A DNA stretch of 64,000 nucleotides from Utricularia gibba (lineage: Eukaryota; Plantae; Magnoliophyta). The notes below the pieces were generated by a model. It made no database searches. It worked only from the letters and a program-made list of their open reading frames with translations, and had not been told where the DNA came from. The position numbers and the translations under genes are program-made. Shown here one piece after another: positions 59,428 to 64,000 of this stretch. The DNA lies in NCBI GenBank assembly GCA_002189035.1, contig CM007990.1, forward strand, positions 248,001 to 312,000, given 5' to 3'. The stretch's first letter is position 1, and each line of letters begins with the position of its first letter.

Positions 59428-60671
59428 TTAGAGTTCCTTTGCGGGATTAGGATTCTATTGTAAACTTAAGGTGTAGTTATCATACTTCAAACCGATTCCA
59501 AAAAATCTCTATAGTGTGATCAAATCCAATTTGGCTAAAGAAAGACAATGTTGAGTTCATGGTACTAACTCAACCATGGTTAGAGGAGTAACTACCGTGG
59601 TCGGGATGGATAAGGGAGCCACGTCAGTGTGAATACAATTCCAGCCAAATTTCGTGGAAATTTTATCCACATTTGAGTTTGAATTTTGGCTCCACGCGGC
59701 GACCTCCAGCCGCACTCCTTTTCCCCTCAATAAACCCGACCAAATCACATCACGTCTCCTTTCCAACACTTTCATTCGGATTTTTCATTTATTAAAATAA
59801 TGGATTCAATAATAGTGTAAATAAATAAATAGGAATACTCAAAAATCGGACAATGGAGTAAACGAAGCAGAATTAGTTTTTTCTTTGAATAATATAATAA
59901 AAATTATTTCTTAATATTAATTTATGTTAATAATATTTATTTTTTTTTTTTTAAAAAAAGCAAAAACCGGCAAATAACTATGGCCGTTAATATCCACATC
60001 ACGCGTGAAAAGTTTCTAAATTTGGCGGGATTCGACAGACTATTACGACAAAATACGATTTAGTATATGATTACTACACTAATAATTGGGACTGTTCTAA
60101 TTTTAAGTTATGATTAGATGTAGAATAGAATCAGTTTTAAAACTATATGAATATAATGAATTTTAAATTATAAAACCTGTTTTGTGAAATAACATAAAAT
60201 TATGTTATAAAATTTAATAGAATAAAATATGTATTGTAAAGTTTCATATATTAAATTATTGTATTTGGGTATAAATATATTTTAAAAATAAAAAACTAAA
60301 CATTATAATTTTCTAATTAATCTATGAAATATATATTCAAGAAACAGAATCTAAAATTCTGATTCTATTAAAGAACAATTAAAAATTAAAATATTAAAAA
60401 ATTAAATAGAATCAATCATAAAATTAATAGCAAACAATAACCACATTATTTAGTGTAATTTAATTTTTAATTTCAGGCGACATCTCTATTGTGGTTACGG
60501 TGCTTCTCTCTCTCTCTCTGTATTCTGTTTATTTCTTCTATAAATAAGATGGTAGACGGTGAAGGTGCACAGCGAGAACAAGCGTCACCCTTGGGGGAAA
60601 TACTTCCGCTAAATTCTCTAGCATTCTCCTTCGTTTTGGGTTTTTTTTTTCAGTGGTGACGCTTCGCCGCG

Positions 60672-63600
60672 ATGTGTGGAATCCTTGCTGTTTTGGGTTG
60701 TTCTGATGACTCTCGGGCTAAGAGGGTGCGCGTACTCGAGCTCTCACGCAGGCAAATGTTCTTCCTTTTCTTCTTGATCCATGTTTGTGGTTTGATTTTT
60801 TCCACCTTTCATCTTTGAGACGTCTAAACTTGGGGTTCCCGTTGCGTGTACTCTGTTTTAGTGGTGTTTTTTTGGCAATGGGAAGTAGCCAATGCTCTCC
60901 TGGTATTGTTAGTATCAGCAATTTTGCATGGTGGGTAGGGGAGCTTTTGGGTTTGTTTAAAGACTTAAATTTCTAACTGCTTTTTTTTTTTTGTTTGAAC
61001 AGATTGAAGCATCGCGGGCCTGATTGGAGTGGGATTTACCAATTTGGAGATTCCTATTTGGCTCATCAGAGACTGGCAATTGTTGATCCAGCTTCTGGGG
61101 ACCAGCCTCTCTTTAATGAAGACAAATCTGTCGTTGTAACGGTAGGTCCCAGTTCGATTTGGAAGTGACCACAGTTGTGGAAATGATCGCTAGTTCTTTT
61201 CTTATTTCTGAGAATAGCCATGATGATGAAAGAGATGATGCATTGAGAGCCTTTTTTTGTAGCCTTCATTCTCTGAATGGTTCTAGTAATTTCTTCTTCT
61301 TTCTAAAATTTAACTGCTGTTGTGTTCAGGTAAATGGAGAAATCTACAACCATGAGGAACTTCGTCGGCAGTTGTCTCCCAACCACAAGTTCCGTACTGG
61401 AAGTGATTGTGATGTCATTGCTCATCTTGTAAGCTCCCTTGCTGTAATATCAGGAGACCATCACTGTTGTCTAACTTGTTCTGCTTTTGTGATCCAAAGT
61501 ATGAAGAACATGGAGAGGACTTTGTGGATATGCTGGATGGGATGTTCTCCTTCGTTCTACTGGATACTCATGAAAACAGCTTCATGATAGCCCGAGATGC
61601 AATGGGAATCACTTCGCTTTACATCGGTTGGGGACTTGATGGTAATGAATTCGATCATTTAACCAAAACAAAGACAGGATAAGCTATTTCAAGTTGAGAT
61701 ATCGCGTCCAAGCTTCAATCTTTTGTGTTTTTTCTTCTATAGGTTCTGTTTGGATTGCATCCGAGCTAAAGGGATTGAATGATGAGTGCGAGCATTTTCA
61801 AGCATTTCCCCAGGGATGCTGTACTCCAGTAAAACCAGAGAATTCAAAAGGTGGTACAATCCTCCTGGTTCTTGGAGAAGACACCATCAACTCCTTACGA
61901 TCCTCTAGTTCTGCGGCGCGCTTTTGAGGATGTGAGAATCCATTGATTTTGTGTCCGAATATGACATAGCCCTGAAAACCATTCTTACAAAACATGTTTG
62001 TATCTTGTAGGCTGTTATTAAGAGGCTGATGACCGATGTGCCATTCGGGGTTCTTTTATCCGGTGGCCTAGATTCATCGCTAGTTGCATCCGTTACTGCT
62101 CGTCACCTCGAGGGAACAAAAGCAGCTGAACAATGGGGCAAACAGCTCCATACCTTCTGCGTTGGCCTTGAGGTCTGTGCTCTTATATAAGGTTGTAAGT
62201 GGCTGCTTCTTCTAGCAGTTGATGCTAAACGCCTGATTGCAGGGATCTCCTGACCTGGAAGCTGCAAGAGAAGTTGCTAACTATCTGGGAACTCTGCACC
62301 ATGAATTCCATTTCACTGTTCAGGTGAACTACTTATATATCTACTGAATCCAGCATGTTGTCATCTTGCTTGTTTCTTTGAGTAAGCTCAAGGTCATGTC
62401 TCAGGATGGGATTGATGCCATAGAGGATGTCATCTACCACATCGAGACGTATGATGTGACGACGATAAGAGCGAGCACTCCCATGTTCCTGATGTCGCGC
62501 AAGATCAAGTCTTTAGGGGTGAAGATGGTTTTGTCAGGGAAGGTTCTGATGAGGTCTTCGGAGGCTATCTGTACTTCCACAAGGCACCCAACAAGGACGA
62601 GTTCCACCGCGAAACTTGCCACAAGGTACTGATAACAGGCGTTCTTAGGTCCTCCTGATCGCCTGTGTTTCCTTCTGGATATGATTCATGATCTGTCCGC
62701 AGATAAAGGCACTTCATCAATACGACTGTCTTCGAGCAAACAAGGCGACTTCAGCCTGGGGATTAGAAGCCCGAGTCCCCTTTCTGGATAAGGAGTTCGT
62801 GAGTGTTGCCATGAGCATTGACCCCGAATGGAAGATGGTAAAACACATGCTCCTGTTACACCAAGCAAGACGCCATTTTTGCAAAAAGGTTGCATCTTTG
62901 ATCTCCTCCCTTTTCTGTAATAGATAAAGAAGGATGAGGGCCGAATCGAGAAGTGGATTCTACGGAGGGCGTTCGACGATGAGGAACGCCCATACCTTCC
63001 AAAGGTTCCCCCGGCTGCATATACATCCTGCTATTCTGTCATCTTCGCCACAATCTGACTGTGTTTTCTGCAACTGCAGCATATTCTGTACCGGCAAAAG
63101 GAGCAGTTCAGCGATGGTGTGGGCTATAGCTGGATTGATGGCCTTAAGGCTCATGCTCAGCGACATGTAAGCGTTCTGTCTCCTCGCGTTCCCCTGCTTC
63201 TTCTGTGAATACTCCTCTGTAAACCTTCTGATCCATACAGGTTACTGACAAGATGATGCTCAACGCTGCAAACATCTATCCCCACAACACCCCCATGACC
63301 AAGGAAGCATACTACTATCGGATGATATTCGAGAGATTCTTCCCTCAGGTAACTTAGAAGCCCAAATCCACAAGAGGAATGAATGGAATCACATGTTTTG
63401 GGGACATTTCTTTCCCCGCCAAACGGTGGATGACACCACTCTGATGATGATTTTCCGGTGCAGAACTCCGCCCGGCTCACGGTTCCCGGAGGTGCGAGCG
63501 TAGCGTGCAGCACACCAACCGCAGTGGCGTGGGACGAATCTTGGTCCAAGAACCTGGATCCATCAGGGCGAGCCGCCATCGGAGTGCACAACTCCGGGTA

Positions 63601-63700
63601 CGAAAAGCATTCGACTGCGGCTGCGGATGTGCCGGCGGTGATCATAGAGAATGTCCCTCTTGGGAATGGCCCAAGTCCCCCGCTCGCCATCAGAGGCTAG
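60672..63700 (+). CDS. ASN1: Glutamine-hydrolysing asparagine synthetase (ASN1-like), multi-exon; 1-nt shortfalls near 61810, 61867 and 62538
   Basis: [10 protein letters not shown] (catalytic Cys2), [84 protein letters not shown]. Confidence 0.97.
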
Positions 63701-64000
63701 CTGCTGCAGCACGGCGTAGAGCTACCAAATCAACCTCCATAGATTTGTATGAATAAAGTGCTCGTCTTCAGTTTGTTTTCTTGGTGTAATATAAATCAAA
63801 TGTTTTAATGCAAAAGAAATTTAAATAACGTGATCAGCAGTTGACGGCGATTTCTCGCCGGATCTCCTCCGCCTGACTCACGGTGCTCTCTCGCGTGGAG
63901 AGTTCTCGGTGTTCACCAGTTTGTTTCCTCTGTTTCGCTTGCGCTTGCGCTGGCGACCTACGACCAGATACTTCTCTGTTGGGATCAGGATACTTGTTTC

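Noticed and set aside
60090-60380. Possible second MITE with aatagaatcag / ctgattctatt inverted ends
   Set aside because: Termini and TSD could not be defined in the AT-rich background.
1-64000. tRNA, rRNA, snoRNA, CRISPR arrays, or intact transposase/retrotransposon ORFs
   Set aside because: No tRNA A/B-box cloverleaf, rRNA sequence, convincing C/D box pair, spacer-repeat array or TE polyprotein motif was seen.

Overview
Plant (eudicot-type) nuclear DNA from a very compact genome: about 24 intact genes plus 3 decayed ones in 64 kb, with most introns about 75-100 nt. This would fit a miniature genome such as Lentibulariaceae, but that is inference only. The first 10.7 kb is an accessory, repeat-rich block: five tandem two-exon secreted glycine-rich protein (GRP) genes with a conserved signal/pro region and very divergent Trp/Tyr/His/Gly tails. 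The block also holds a 1.4 kb segmental duplication carrying an HSP70 C-terminal fragment, a candidate copia-type solo LTR and W-box-rich spacers. The rest is mostly housekeeping: HHO/NIGT1 GARP factor, CYP40, PPR, carboxylesterase, PABP, DUF3611, NOXY2/NFD6-like, PEX13, MLO, TOM40, CBSX3, MCU, C4H, a nucleotidyltransferase, BLOS1, a pseudouridine synthase, LURP-one-like, a GH17 glucanase, a glutaredoxin-like protein and asparagine synthetase. Three apparent pseudogenes (EMB1273-like, LOH2-like, RTNLB11-like) are interleaved. Many otherwise intact genes lack single bases in short homopolymers, which looks like long-read assembly error rather than biology. All homology calls come from recognising the translated sequence by eye; no search was run.
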